A stretch of 64,000 nt of DNA, taken from an uncultured Nitrososphaerota archaeon. Its GTDB lineage: Archaea > Thermoproteota > Nitrososphaeria > Conexivisphaerales > DTJL01. Where the stretch lies: the NCBI GenBank assembly GCA_963842885.1, contig CAWJIE010000003.1, forward strand, positions 128,001 to 192,000, given 5' to 3'. The translations under genes and the position numbers were made by a program. Under the pieces are notes generated by a model. That model did not search any database. It was not told the DNA's origin and saw only the letters and a program-made list of their open reading frames with translations. Shown piece after piece: positions 10,216-22,894 of the stretch. Within the stretch, counting starts at the first letter, position 1; the number at the start of each line of letters is the position of its first letter.

Positions 10216-10618
10216 ATGCAGCCAATCGACGCTGATGCCAGCGAAACGACTCCTTCGGTCGCAAGCACTCTTTCCCCCGGAGATGTCCCCTCCACTGATG
10301 CCTCCCCGTTGGAGCTTTCTGACGACACCTTCGACAGCGCCGTGATCAACAATGGCCTGATGATGATCGATTTCTGGGCACCCTGGTGCAGCCCATGCCG
10401 CGCCATCGCCCCCGTCTTGGAAGAGGTAGTCAAGGAACGGGCGGGGAAGCTCGTCCTGGCCAAGCTCAACGTCCGACGAGAACCCTGCGACTCCCTCCCA
10501 CTTAGGCGTCCAGGGGATACCGACCGTCTTCATAACCAGGAGGGGCGAGATCCTCGACCACATCGTGGGGGCTGTGCCGAAGGTCGAAACCGTCCGGCGG
10601 ATTCAACCCTTCCTTTGA
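10216..10618 (+). CDS. trxA: Thioredoxin (indel at about 10473)
   Basis: DFWAPWCSPC; after the frame change DENP...GVQGIPT...IVGAVPK. Confidence 0.85.
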
Positions 10619-10623
10619 GCCCG

Positions 10624-10995
10624 TCACCTGACCCTCTCCGCGTGGTCGTCAAGGACCCCCCTGGCGAGGGCCTGCTGGACATCGTCAACGTAGAACAGGT
10701 CAGTAAGCACAATCCTCTTCCCTGACGCGACCATGGAGGTGTGGACGCCGCGGCTAGCCCACCCCGCCACGACCGCCTGGCAGTCTGGGACACACTCCAA
10801 GATCTCCTTGGCGAAGCTATCTTTATGCACCTTGTTTGCTCTTCGGTCAGCCTGGAGCACCAGACGAGGTTTGAGGCGCAGTTCGCGGCCCGAAGGCTTG
10901 GACCTCTCGATCGTAAGCACCACGAAGAACTTGGCTCTCTCAAGGTCCTGACTGATTCTCTTACCGTCATCCGTCGCGACAGCGACCTTGGCCAA
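10624..10995 (-). CDS. NifB/NifX-family (FeMo-cofactor biosynthesis domain) protein
   Basis: KVAVATDDG..ISQDLERAKFF, DCQAVVAG pattern. Confidence 0.7.
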   Translation of the reverse strand: MAKVAVATDDGKRISQDLERAKFFVVLTIERSKPSGRELRLKPRLVLQADRRANKVHKDSFAKEILECVPDCQAVVAGWASRGVHTSMVASGKRIVLTDLFYVDDVQQALARGVLDDHAERVR

Positions 10996-11241
10996 GGAAT
11001 CCCCGGGTCGCTCTCCACATCGCGGTGGCTCTTTTGCCTTTTCCGAAGTCAGAGTCCGTGATTCGGATTGGCGTCAATGGACGAGGCGGGAGCTGTTCAC
11101 GGAACCGAAGGTCTCCCGCAGGAAGCGGAGGATGGCGTCATCTGCCGGCAGTTCACAAGGGATGCCATCGGCTGCCAGGCGTGCCTTCCAAGGATGGCGG
11201 CTCAAGCTTATATTCAGCCTCGAGCCCTCGAATCGGCATCG

Positions 11242-11937
11242 ATGACCAAGAAGCTGTTCTGGGACGACGCCTATCAAAGGGATTTCACGGCGACCGTTCT
11301 GAAGGTTGAAGGCAACTCCGTCGTGCTGGACCAGACCTGTTTCAATCCTAGAGGCGGAGGCCTGGTGTCGGATCTTGGGACCGTCGAAGGGTTCCCTCTG
11401 TCCGAGGTCTCCAAGTCTGGGGACGAAATCGTCCACGTCTTCCCTTCTCCACCCGCATTGAGGGCCGGACAGGCTGTGAAAGGCGTCTTGGACTGGGACA
11501 GGAGGTACAGAATAATGAAGATGCACACCGCTACGCACATCCTCAGCAACGTCGTGAACAGGGAAACAGGGGCCCTCATCACTGGAAACTCGGTGGCGCC
11601 TGACGAATCGCGGGTCGATTTCAGCCTGGAGGACTTCGACAAAGGGAAGATGGAGTCCTACCTAGAAAGGGTGAACGAGGTCGTCCGCCAGGACCTCCCC
11701 GTGCGCACCTACTTCCTGAAACGGGAGGAGGCGCTTTCCGTGCCCGGCATGGTCAAGCTGGCCCAGGCTGCTCCTCCCGAGACGGCCGAGCTCCGAATCG
11801 TCGAGATTGGGGATTTCGACCGCCAGGCCGACGGTGGCGTCCACGTCTCCAGGACATCCGAAATCGGGAACGTCCGCTTTCTCAGGGCCGACAACAAGGG
11901 CAGGGCCAACAGGCGGGTCTATTTCACGCTCGATTAA
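11242..11937 (+). CDS. alaXM: AlaX-M tRNA editing (misacylated tRNA-Ala deacylase)
   Basis: LDQTCFNPRGGG, MKMHTATH and ADGGVHV motifs. Confidence 0.9.
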   Translation: MTKKLFWDDAYQRDFTATVLKVEGNSVVLDQTCFNPRGGGLVSDLGTVEGFPLSEVSKSGDEIVHVFPSPPALRAGQAVKGVLDWDRRYRIMKMHTATHILSNVVNRETGALITGNSVAPDESRVDFSLEDFDKGKMESYLERVNEVVRQDLPVRTYFLKREEALSVPGMVKLAQAAPPETAELRIVEIGDFDRQADGGVHVSRTSEIGNVRFLRADNKGRANRRVYFTLD

Positions 11938-12072
11938 GTCCTCCTACATTCCATGGTTCGCTCATATTCTTTGATTTCTTACATCCGAGGCGCGCATTCC
12001 TTACAAATCTTGCATGAAAACGGCAACGGCCCCCGCCATGCTTAAATATCACGCACGGGTGGGCAAGGAAGA

Positions 12073-13745
12073 ATGAAACGACTGCTTTCGTTAGAGAAGC
12101 GCAGAGCAATATCACGGATGGTAATCGTGGCCGCGGTGATAGTAATCCTAGTCATCGGAGGCGGGGCAGCGTACTACCTCGTCCTCAACAAACCTAGTAG
12201 TACGACCACCAACAAGACCACCATCACGGTGGGTACCACTGACACGGTCCAGACGACACTGGACCCCGCTGACGCCTACGACTACTTCGGGATCAACATC
12301 ATCGAGAACGTCGGAGACGGCCTGGTAGACTACGTCCCAGGGACAACCAACATCGTTCCGGCTCTTGCGACGAGCTGGACGACGAGCGCGGACGGTTTGA
12401 CCTGGACGTTCAACCTGAGGCAGGGCGTGAAGTTCCCCGACGGGACACCCTTCAACGCCTCTGTTGTGCAGTACTCCATGGATAGGCAGTTCACCATTGC
12501 GGAGCCGGAAGGCCCGTTCGAAGGAGTTGGATACGACGGCAACACCGGTGGGTTCATCAACAAGACGGTTGTGACCGGACCCTATCAGATACAATTCGTC
12601 CTGAACCAGCCCTTCTCGGCCTTCCTCGCGACGGTCGCCTTCATTCCACTCTACCCAGTCAACCCCAACATCGCCCCGATGCACGCCATAGTCAACTACA
12701 CCGCTGGAAACGCGGCCGCATCCAACCCCACCGGCCTAGGCCCATACCTGCTTTCGAATTGGGTAAGGTCTGCTGGCAAGGACGTTGAGATCGACCTGAC
12801 GGCCAACCCCAACTACTGGAACGCGTCCGCTGGCTGGCCGGCGACGAAGAACATCGTGATCAAGTTCTACTCGGACTCGACCTCGCTCCTACTGGCCCTC
12901 CAGACCGGCGACATCGACGTCGCCTACAGGCAGCTGGACGCCTCTACCATCAACTCGCTGAGCACTAACAGCAACTACAAGGTGTGGACGGGTCCCGGAA
13001 CCTTCATCCAGTACCTGGTCTTCAACACCGGGGCCGCACCGTTCAACAACGTGCTGGTTAGAGAGGCGCTCGCCGCCGCAATCAACAGGACATCCATCAC
13101 CCAGGGCGTCTTCCAGGGACAGGCTCAGCCGCTGTACGGCATGATTCCGGCTGGCATGTTCTCCCACACTGACGCCTTCCTGACCCAGTACGGCGAAGCC
13201 AACGTGACCGAGGCCCAGCAGCTGCTCCAGCAGGCAGGGTACAGCACGACCAACAAGCTCACCTTCACCCTGACCTACCCGACGGGCCATTACAGCGCGA
13301 CGGACGCCATCTCGGCGGCTCTGAAGCAAGCCTTCGAAGCCACGGGGATGGTCAGCGTCAACCTCGCATCACAGCCATGGGCCAACTACAAGGCCAGCAC
13401 GGCTTCGAACGCACTGCAAGCCTACATCTACGGATGGTACCCTGACTATGTCGACCCGTACGACTACACCTTTCCGTTCCTGCCTGCCGACGGCGTAGGC
13501 TTCCTGCACACGCAGTTCGTCGACTCGACCGATCAACAGCCTGCTCGCCCAGGTGGTAGGGACGACGTCCTCGTCAACACAACAGTCGCTCTACACTCAG
13601 CTTCAGACCAGCGCTCGCTCAGACCGTGCCGATGGCACCCCTCTTCCAGGGGACCGGCGTCGCAATCAGCACGCCCAAGGTCGGCGGCGTAGTGTTGGAC
13701 ACGACAACCATCTTCAGGTACTACCTGCTCTACGCGTCCCCATAA
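12073..13745 (+). CDS. dppA: Peptide/nickel ABC substrate-binding protein, family 5 (indels near the 3' end)
   Basis: LDPA, PALATSW...TWTFNLRQGVKFPDGTPFNA and GWYPDY motifs. Confidence 0.9.
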
Positions 13746-13788
13746 CACAACGCTTAATTCACAGTAAAGGAAGGTTTTTTCTGTATAC

Positions 13789-14821
13789 ATGACCCTACGC
13801 ACGTACATACTGACGAGGATAGCTCTCACCCTGCCCATGTTGCTGTTCCTCCTTAGCCTTGTCTTCGTGGTAATGAGGATCCTGCCAGGTAACCCCGTGC
13901 TTCTCAGGTTCGAGAAGAACGCCAACCCTGCCTTGATAGCAGAGTACACGCACCGCCTCGGGCTGGACCTCCCCTGGTGGCAGCAGTACCTGAACTACCT
14001 CGACTGGGCTGCTCCATGGCAACCTGGGTCTGTCCATGGTTACGTTCGACCCCGTAGCGAATCAGATCCTCTCACGGTTCCCGGCCACCCTCGAGCTCAC
14101 CCTCGGCGCCTTCATAGTGGCCGCTGTGGTAGGCCTCGTCTTCGGGTCCACGGCCGCACGACGCCCAGGAGGCAAGACCGACGGCACCGTGAAGGTGTAC
14201 GGTATCCTGATCTACGCTTTCCCCATCTTCTTCCTCGGGATGATCCTGCAGCTGGTCTTCGGAGTATGGCTCCACTGGCTGCCGATAGAGGGGAGGATGC
14301 CGCAGGGGGTCATCCCGGCCGGGCTGAACTGGGGATCGATTCACATCCAGACCGGGCTCTACACGGTGGACAGCCTGCTGGCTGGCAACATCAGGGAGTT
14401 CTTCGAGGCGCTCGAATACCTCCTCCTTCCCTGCCTCACCCTCGGCCTCGTCATCTCCGGGGTGTTCGTCAGGATGACCCGCAGCAACATGCTCGAGACG
14501 ATGAAGATGGAGTTCGTCACTGCCGCTCGCGCCAGGGGGCTTAAGGAGGACACCGTGGTCTACGGATACGCCCTTAGGAACGCCCTCCTGCCCATCGTCA
14601 CCATCATGGGGCTCCAGTTCGCCCTGCTCCTGGGCGGCGCCATCCTCACTGAGACGGAGTTCAACATCCTGGGCGTCGGATCCTACCTCGTCGACCGCAT
14701 AACCTTCAGGGACTACACGGCCGTGCAGGGGACGGTGGTGTTCTTGGCGATCCTGATATCAATGGTCAGCCTGCTGGTGGACGTCATCTACGCCTACCTG
14801 GACCCGAGGATAAGGCTGTGA
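13789..14821 (+). CDS. dppB: Peptide ABC permease B (indel at about 14003)
   Basis: ILPGNP, RFPATLEL and ARARGL...ALRNALLP EAA loop. Confidence 0.9.
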
Positions 14822-15707
14822 TCGAAGTGGCCAAGGATCAAGAGGAAGTGGAGACCTTCGGGTTCATGCCCCGGGCGATGCACGCCGTCGCTTCGGCCTT
14901 CGGCCCGGGCTCGGGGAGGTGGTTCATCGTGGCAGGGAGCTTCATAATCGGCTTCATCGTCGTGATGAGCCTCCTGGCCCCTTTCATCTCCCCCCACGAC
15001 CCCACCCTCCTGTTCGTCGGCCCCGACAACTCGCCCCCAGCGCCAAGTTTCCGCTGGGCACCGACCAGTACGGCAGGGACATGCTCAGCCGGATCATCTG
15101 GGGCGGTCGTTTCATGCTCACCGTCGCGGTCATAGCGGTCTTGCTCTGCCTGGCCATCGGCGTCCCCATCGGCCTGGCCTCGGCCTATCGCGGAGGCTCG
15201 GTCGACAAGGTGGTGTCCCTCCTGATGGACAGCATGTACGCGTTCCCCAGCCTCGTGCTGGCCATAGTCATCATCGGCGTCTTTGGCGTCAACGTCGTCA
15301 ACGAGGCCATAGCGATAGCAGTCGTCTACGTCCCTTCCTACTACCGGGTCATACGGAGCCAGGTCCTCACGATCAAGGAGCTCCCCTACGTCGAAGGCGC
15401 CAGGTCGATCGGCAGCAAGTCCCGACACATCCTGGGTAGCTACATACTCCCCAACATCCTCCCCTCTGTCGTCGTGGTGGCCACGATCAACTTCGCCGAT
15501 TCGATCCTTACGACGGCCGGCCTGGATTTCATCGGGCTGGGACGCCTCGACCTCCCCGATTGGGGCGTTGACCTCTTCTACGGAAGGGCGGCCCTGCCCA
15601 TCGGCGCGTGGTGGATCATCTTCTTCTCGGGCATGATGATCGTCCTTTCGGCGCTTGGCTTCGGGCTCATCAGCGAAGGCCTCGCCGAAAGGAGGGGGAG
15701 GGAGTGA
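14818..15707 (+). CDS. dppC: Peptide ABC permease C (indel at about 15035)
   Basis: PLGTDQYGRDMLSRIIWG and YVEGARSIG motifs. Confidence 0.9.
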
Positions 15708-15713
15708 CGCCGG

Positions 15714-16673
15714 ATGGCTGAACTCCTCGAAGTCGAAGACCTGACCGTCGAATACCGGACGCGGAGGGCAACCATCAGGGCCGTGAACGCCGTCTCCTTC
15801 ACCCTGTCCAAGGGGTCCACCTTGGGCGTCGTCGGGGAGTCGGGGAGCGGGAAGTCCACGCTGGGTCACGCCCTTACAAGGCTGGTGGACCCGCCTGGCG
15901 TAGTGGCCGGCGGCCACATCTACTTCGATGGCACGGACCTGCTTTCGCTTGATGCCGAAGAGATGAGGAAGATCAGGGGGAAGAGGATCGCCATGGTCTT
16001 CCAGGACCCCATGTCCTCCCTGAGCCCCGTCAAGAAGGTGGGGGAGCACTTCGTGGAGTACATCCGGCAGCACGACCCGGCCGTGTCGGCGGGCGAAGCC
16101 CTCGACACCGCGAGGAGGATCTTCGAGGACCTCGGCATGGAGAAGTCCAGGGTGGACGACTACCCTCACCAGTTCAGCGGCGGCATGAGGCAGCGGGTGA
16201 TGATAGGCCTGGCCATCGCCCTCGAGCCGGAGCTCATCATAGCCGACGAGCCCACCACGGCCCTCGACGTGGTCGTCGAAGCCCAGATACTCGAGCTGCT
16301 CAGGGAGCTCAAGAAGAAGTACTCGGTCTCGATGATGCTCATCACGCACAACATGGGGGTGGTGGCGGAGACGGCGGACAGGATAGCCGTGATGTACGCA
16401 GGGAAGATCATGGAGCTGTCCACCGCCGACAGGCTGTACTCCCACCCCATGAATCCGTACACGGAGGCCCTACTGGGCTCCATCCCCAACATACTCGTCA
16501 ACGACCAGGTCCTGAAGTCGATACCTGGGAGTCCTCCTGACATGGCTGCCCTCCCTCCGGGGTGCCCGTTCAGCCCGAGGTGCCCGTTCGTCTTCGACAG
16601 GTGCAGGGTCGAGGACCCGCTTCTCAAGAAGGTGGAAGGGGACACGTATACGGCCTGCCACTTGCATGGGTGA
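15714..16673 (+). CDS. dppD: Peptide ABC ATP-binding subunit D
   Basis: GESGSGKS, FSGGMRQR, IIADEPTTALD and GCPFSPRC. Confidence 0.92.
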   Translation: MAELLEVEDLTVEYRTRRATIRAVNAVSFTLSKGSTLGVVGESGSGKSTLGHALTRLVDPPGVVAGGHIYFDGTDLLSLDAEEMRKIRGKRIAMVFQDPMSSLSPVKKVGEHFVEYIRQHDPAVSAGEALDTARRIFEDLGMEKSRVDDYPHQFSGGMRQRVMIGLAIALEPELIIADEPTTALDVVVEAQILELLRELKKKYSVSMMLITHNMGVVAETADRIAVMYAGKIMELSTADRLYSHPMNPYTEALLGSIPNILVNDQVLKSIPGSPPDMAALPPGCPFSPRCPFVFDRCRVEDPLLKKVEGDTYTACHLHG

Positions 16674-17679
16674 ATGACAATGTCCTTCCTAGAAGTCAGC
16701 GACCTCAAGAAGTACTTCCCCGTCCAGCACGGGCTCCTGGAGCAGCTCACGACCAGGCATCCGAGCTTCGTCAGGGCCGTGGACGGCGTCAGCTTCTCTC
16801 TGGCCAAGGGAGACATCTTCGGGCTGGTGGGCGAGAGCGGCAGCGGCAAGACCACGACCGGCCGCCTGACCATCGGCCTGATAAAACCTACGTCGGGGAA
16901 GGTCGTCTTGGAAGGAATCGAGATTCAGAGCCTCGACGGCAAGGCCTTGCGCAAGATGCGGACTAGGATGCAGATTATCTTCCAGGACCCCACCGCTTCG
17001 CTGAGCCCCAGGATGAAGGTGGGCGATGCCGTGGCCGACGCGCTCAAGCAGTTGGAGGACGCGGACGACTCAGGAGGCGAAGAGGCGCGTCCTCGAGATG
17101 TTCGAGTATGTGGGCCTCTCCCCGGCTCGTGAGATCTATTCGCGGTACCCGAGCAACCTGAGCGGCGGCCAGAAGCAGCGCGTCATCATAGCCAGGGCCC
17201 TCGTGACCCGTCCTGAATACGTGGTGGCCGACGAGCCCGTCGCCATGGTGGACGTCTCAGTTAGGGCCCAGATCCTTGACGTCATGCGCGGGATGCACGA
17301 GAAGCTGGGCCTCACCTACCTCTTCATCACGCACGACCTGGCCGTGGCCAAGTACCTCTGCAACAGGGTGGGCATAATGTACCTCGGGAAGATCGTGGAG
17401 CAGGGCGACACCAGGGAGATCTTCAATCTCCCTCTCCATCCATATACCCAGGCACTCCTCGCCGCCGTCCCCGTCCCTGACCCGTCCTCCAAGAGGGACA
17501 AGAAGATTCCACGCGGAGAGATACCGGACGCCATCAACCCTCCGCCCGGCTGTCGTTTCAATCCGCGCTGCCCCTATGCCACCGAGATATGCAGGAAGGA
17601 GGAGCCCCCGCTGAGAGAGGTGGGTCCTTCGCACACCGGTCACCTCGTGGCCTGCCACTGGGCGGAGAAGTTCCTGTAG
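16674..17679 (+). CDS. dppF: Peptide ABC ATP-binding subunit F (indel at about 17065)
   Basis: GESGSGKT, LSGGQKQR, GCRFNPRC and VACH. Confidence 0.9.
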
Positions 17680-17713
17680 GGGCGTCGCACCAGGCGCATC
17701 TGCGCAAAGGCTT

Positions 17714-18500
17714 ATGAGGCGTAACCACAATCAGCGGGAGACAAGCCATGTCTCTGGACGACGGACGCGCGTGCGCAGGATAGCGCTGGACTTCGAGGCG
17801 CGCTATCCCACCGCCGGCGCCCGCGGGGCTCTCGCATACGAACAGAGGACGGTCATGGAGGCCCTGGGGCCCCTGCGCCCGGGGGTCCTCTTGGACGTGG
17901 GCACGGGCACAGGGAGGCTCATCAACTTCCCTCCGCCTCCCGAGGTCGTCGGGATGGACTTCTCCGAGGACGATCTGGAATGGGCCGTGGAGCGCTACTC
18001 TGGAGACCGGTCCAAGCACTTTGTGCTGGGCATCGGCGTCCAGCCTCCCGTTCAGGGACGACGCATTCGACGAAGTGCTCAGCATCAGGGTGATCAAGTT
18101 CCTGGAGGATCCCGAAGCGGCCGTTTCGGAGATGGCGGACGTTCTGAAGCCCGGCGGCAGGCTGGTCGTGGACATCAGCAACAAGTTCTCCCCTTCTGCG
18201 TTCATTCGGCGGCTGGGGTCGTGGATGAGGATACGTTCGCCCTCGAGGGCCTACTTCACGCACGGTGACGGTCTCAAGATGATGGCCTCCGTGGGCCTCA
18301 CACCTTTCACGTCGAGGCCCCTCTTCAAGGTGGACCCCTCCCTGTGGACGGCCCTGCGGCACGAGAGGTTAGTGAGGCTGGCGGAATCGCTGGAGCGTCT
18401 CCTCGACAGGAGGACGGGAGTATGGTTCCTGTCGCGATACGTAGTCATAGCCTGCGAGAAACCCTTCTCGAACTTGCCAGGTCCTCCGAGAGGGAAGTCT
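17714..18500 (+). CDS. Class I SAM-dependent methyltransferase (indels; both ends approximate)
   Basis: LLDVGTGTGR, GMDFS, LPFRDDAFD and VLKPGG across two frames. Confidence 0.7.
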
Positions 18501-18537
18501 TATACCTCAGGGGCCCTTGTTTCCCTCTTGATCGCGT

Positions 18538-18932
18538 TTGCCAGTCAAGATCCCAGCGGCAGGCAAGAGGTTGTTGGACGGGAAGAACTTCGCCAGCTTC
18601 GCCACTCTCATGAAGGACGGCTCCCCCCAGGTGAGCCCCGTCTGGATATCGAGAGACGGCGACGTCGTGCTGGTGAACACTAGCGTGGGCAGGGTCAAGG
18701 AGAGGAACGTGCTCCGCGACCCGAGGGTGGCCATCTGCGTCTTCGACATGGAGAACCCCTACAGGAAGATGTTGCTCCGGGGACGGGTGGTGGAGATTGT
18801 CAGCGAGAGGAGCAAGGGAGCACATCGACGCCCTTTCGATGAAGTACACGGGGACACAAGTACGCAGGGATGAAACCAAATGAGAAGCGCGTCATCTTCA
18901 GGATAGCGCCCGCGTCGGTGAGCGTGAGCTAG
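18538..18932 (+). CDS. PPOX-class F420-dependent oxidoreductase (indels)
   Basis: FATLMKDGSPQVSPVW, KERNVLRDPRVAI and EKRVIFRIAP. Confidence 0.85.
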
Positions 18933-18987
18933 CGGACGCCGAGGTTCAACAACCGAAATAAGCGCCCCGCTCTCTACCCCTGACGCG

Positions 18988-19498
18988 TTGCCGGAAGAGA
19001 TCAGGTTCAGCCCGATAGGCGTGGCCCACACCTCCGCTTCAGACGAAGAAGTGCGAGACAAGGGGAAGGAGCTGGACTTCACCATCGACATCTTTCCCGA
19101 ATTCAAGGAGGCCCTTGAGGGCATCGACGGCTTCTCGCATCTGATCGTCATGTTCCACTTCAACAAGCTTCGCCCCGAGCAGAAGGGGGTCCTGAAGGTC
19201 AAGCCCAAGAAGTTCCTCCGAAGGGGGCTGACGCTCGAGCAGCTCCCCTGGCTGGGGGTCTTCGCTCTCGACTCCCCGTCCAGGCCCAACCCCATCGGAT
19301 TCTCCGTCGTCAGAGTTCCTCAGGCATGATGGCCTTCGGCTCGACGTGAGGGGGCTGGAGGCCTTCGACGGCACCCCCGTCCTCGACATCAAGCCCTACA
19401 CGCCGGAGAGGGTCATTGCCGGCATAAGGGTCCCTCGGTGGTACAGAGACTTGGACGTGCTGGCAGAAGATGAGAAGCTGAGGCGCGCGCACAGCTAG
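18988..19498 (+). CDS. trmO: tRNA m6t6A37 methyltransferase TrmO/TsaA (indel at about 19316)
   Basis: LEGIDGFSHL, GVFALDSPSRPNPIG and GLEAFDGTPVLDIKPY. Confidence 0.9.
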
Positions 19499-19558
19499 CC
19501 TCGTGCCTAATCAACGCATTAATACCTGAAGTACGCAATAATGGACTGAAGCTATAAG

Positions 19559-21938
19559 ATGTCCGTCCTGCCCAGAGACAGCCAGCCGGCGCCCACGCCT
19601 CTGCTGGATGTCAGCGCGATGGTCTCCCACTATCTGGATACTGTCGCTTCTGTCATCCTGATACTCGACGTGCAGGGCAGGATTCTCTATCTGAACGCCT
19701 CAGCCGAGCGCCTAATCGGTTACACCCTGTCAGAGCTGGCCGGCAAGGACTGGGTGAGGCGAGTTCATCCCTCAGATGGACCTTGAGAGCACGCGCTCCA
19801 TCCTGGAACGGATGAAGGGTGGTGAGACTCCGACCCGACTCACGAACTCGGTGAAGACCCGTGGAGGCGGGATGAGGACCATCACGTGGAACAACACCCT
19901 CGTCCGCGACGACGCGGGCACCATCACCGCCATCGTCTGCACCGGCGAGGACATCACCGAAACCATCGCCCTCCAGGACGAGCTCGAACGCACCAGGGAG
20001 AAGATGGAGTCCGCCCTGGAGAGCGGAACCATACTCCTCATCACGGTTGATTCGCTCTGGCGCATAGACTTCATCAACAAGCGCACCGAGATGGTCACGG
20101 GCTACGACCGCGACTCCATCCTCGGGAAGGACATCTCCGTCCTCCTGCCGAGGCTGGCGGGAAGCGACGTGGAGGACCTCCGCAACACCGTGGCCGGCGG
20201 CGGGACATATGGGCCGGTCGACGTAAGCCTGAGGACGAAGCCCGGCGTCTTCCTGGAATATGAGGTGACCGTGGACCCGATCTTCATCCACGGCAGCGTC
20301 GTCGGAGCCGTCGTGACCGCTCGGGACCTCATAGGCAGGAGGGAGTCCGAGTCCAGGATCAGGCTGCAGGCGGCCATACTCGACCAGGTGGACAACGCCG
20401 TCGTCGCCTCCGACATGAGGGGCGGGATCGTATACTGGAACAAGGAGGCCGAGAAGCTCTTCGAGAAGAAGCGTTCGGAGGCCATGGGGATGCCTGTCTC
20501 GGACATCTGGGGGGATCTCGTTTCATCCAAGGGGATGGGGGAGATTATGGCCGCCGTATACGAAAAGGGGAGCTGGGAGGGCGTGCTGAGGGTCAAGAAG
20601 GATAGCAGCGAGGAGAGGATGACCGTCCTCACCATCTCGCTCGTTGAAGACATCCATGGGGCCCCCATCGCCATGGTGGGCGTGTCAACCGACATCACGG
20701 AGAGGCTCAAGATGGAGCAGGCCCTCAAGGAGAGCGAGGAGCGCTTCCGCAGGCTCGCCGAAAACGCCGTCGACGTCATCTTCAGGATATCTCCGGAGAA
20801 GGGCGTGGAATACGTCAACAGGTCGGTGGAGAAGGTCCTCGGCTACACGGTCGAAGAGATGTACGGCAACAGGGAGCTGGGCCTCCAGCTCATCTCGCCC
20901 GGCGACGTCTTCATGCAGAAGGAGATGCTGGACGAGCTCAGGGCCGGCGTGAACTTCAGCGGCGGGATACGCTCGAAGTGGGTCACGAAGGACGGAAGGA
21001 CCGTCCATCTGGACGTCTCCATCGTCCCCGTCGTCGACGCCGAAGGGAAGCTGATGGCCGTGGAAGGGATCGCCCGCGACGTCACGAAGACGGTGGAGCT
21101 GGAGGAGGAGCTCAAGAAGTACAGCCAGGAATTGGAGAAATTGGTCGAGAAACGCACCGGGCAATTGAAGGAGTCTCAGGAAAGGCTGGTCAAGGCTGAG
21201 AGACTGGCCGCCATAGGCGAGCTCGCCGCCCAGGTGGCCCATGACCTCAGGAACCCGCTGACGAGCATCAACACCTCGGTCTTCTTCCTCCGGGACGCCA
21301 TGGTCGAAGGCGAGAAGCCGGAGGTGGTGAAGACGATGACGCTCATCGAGAAGTCCGTCAAGCACGCTAACGCCATCGTCTCCGACCTCCTCGAGTATTC
21401 GAGGGCGGAGGTGGGAGAGAGGAAGGAGGTCTCGCTCGTCGGGCTTGTCAGTTCGGCCCTAGAGCGGTCTCCCCTGGGCCAGTACGTCAAGGTGGAGCTC
21501 AACCTGAAGCCTGAGATCGGAGTGTACGCCGACGAGCAGAAGCTCCTCAGGGTCTTCTGCAACCTCTTCAGGAACGCCGCCGACGCGATGCCCGGCGGAG
21601 GCACGTTGACGATAAACGCCGTCCAGGTCGAGGACACGGCGACCGTCGAGGTCAAGGACACGGGGGTCGGGATCAAGAAGGAGCACTTGGACAAGCTCTT
21701 TACGCCGTTCTTCACGACCAAGTCACAGGGGATGGGCCTGGGTCTGCCCATCTGCAAGAGGATAGTCGAGGGCCACGGCGGCACCATAGCCATCACTTCG
21801 GTGCCTAAGAAGGGCACGACCGTCACCCTGACGCTCCCCACCAAGGTCTCGGCTGCGAACGAGGGGTCGCTCGGGCCGCCGCCGCCGGGCTCCACCATTT
21901 CCCTTAAGAAGTGGACGGGGCCCTCCGTAGGCTCATAG
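19559..21938 (+). CDS. Soluble multi-PAS (4x) sensor histidine kinase (indel at about 19760)
   Basis: PAS/PAC repeats, AHDLRNPL H-box, NAADA, DTGVGI, FTPFFTTK and GMGLGL. Confidence 0.92.
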
Positions 21939-22064
21939 CCCGTTAGTCATTGTGGGCCAGCGGCTCATCCCCACCACGCCATGTCGTCCCGTCGCGCCGG
22001 CCTGCGCGGGGGTCATCAAAAGAGACCGTATACACAAAGGTTATAGTGCCGTCCGGCTTATGTC

Positions 22065-22544
22065 GTGGTAATGAAAGAAAAAGCAGCTTCTAAGGCGAGC
22101 ATTCTCGTCATCGACGACGACGAAGGAATCAGGACTTCTCTTGCGAACGTGCTTGACCTCAAGGGCTACTTGGTGGACACGGCGAAGGACGGGAAGGAAG
22201 GCCTCTCGAAGTACAAGAAGCATCACTATGACCTCGCTCTCATCGACATTGTCCTCCCTGACATGAAGGGAACCGAGCTCCTTACGAAGATGTCAGGTGG
22301 CGTTGTGGACATGGTAAAGGTGATCGTCACCGGTTACCCCGACCTGGACAACGCTATTAAGTCCGTCAACGAAGGCGCCGACGGCTACGTCATCAAGCCT
22401 TTCGACGTGAAGGAGCTACTTGACAAGGTCAGCGCGCTCCTCAAGAAGCAGGCGGAGAACAGGAAGTACTCCGAAGAGAAGGTCACCGAGTACATTAAGG
22501 AAAGGGCGAAAGAGCTCTCTGAAAAGAAGACCAAGGGCAGCTGA
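22065..22544 (+). CDS. Response regulator receiver protein
   Basis: ILVIDDD, LIDIVLPDMKG, VTG and YVIKPF. Confidence 0.92.
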   Translation: MVMKEKAASKASILVIDDDEGIRTSLANVLDLKGYLVDTAKDGKEGLSKYKKHHYDLALIDIVLPDMKGTELLTKMSGGVVDMVKVIVTGYPDLDNAIKSVNEGADGYVIKPFDVKELLDKVSALLKKQAENRKYSEEKVTEYIKERAKELSEKKTKGS

Positions 22545-22567
22545 AGGGCCGCAAGAGGGGTTGCCTC

Positions 22568-22892
22568 CTGTCATCTGCGGACCGCACCGAAGCGCTTGAA
22601 GAGAAGAAGAGACGGCTGCTCCTGACGGTAGATTCTTCCCTGGAGGTGCTGGGCAGGGTGGCCTCCACTGCGCTGAGGCTGAGCTTCAAGAAGGTGCAGA
22701 AGTCGGAATGGAGCAGTCATAGTCGATGACCCCGAGCTTCTGGAGAAGCACATCAGGGCGGTATTCAGCGGCGGCTCGGTGGTCTTCATCGACATAGTCA
22801 ACAAGAACATCTGCAGAGAGTTCGGTCTTCCGTACGCGGAGGGGATGGGCCTGGCCGACTGCGTGAAGCGAGCCATCTCGTCCGGCCACTGA
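22568..22892 (+). CDS. DUF3227-like small protein (not in ORF track; indel at about 22710)
   Basis: LLTVDSSLEVLG.../IVDDPELLEKHIRAVFSGGSVVFIDIVNKNICREFGL aligns with 24890-25225. Confidence 0.55.
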
Positions 22893-22894
22893 AC

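Noticed and set aside
10624-10995. Nitrogen fixation inferred from the NifB/NifX-like gene
   Set aside because: Stand-alone members are widespread in non-diazotrophic archaea, and no nif genes are present.
6243-16445. Long antisense ORFs (e.g. 6243-7649, 14838-16445)
   Set aside because: Shadows of GC-rich real genes on the opposite strand with no motifs.
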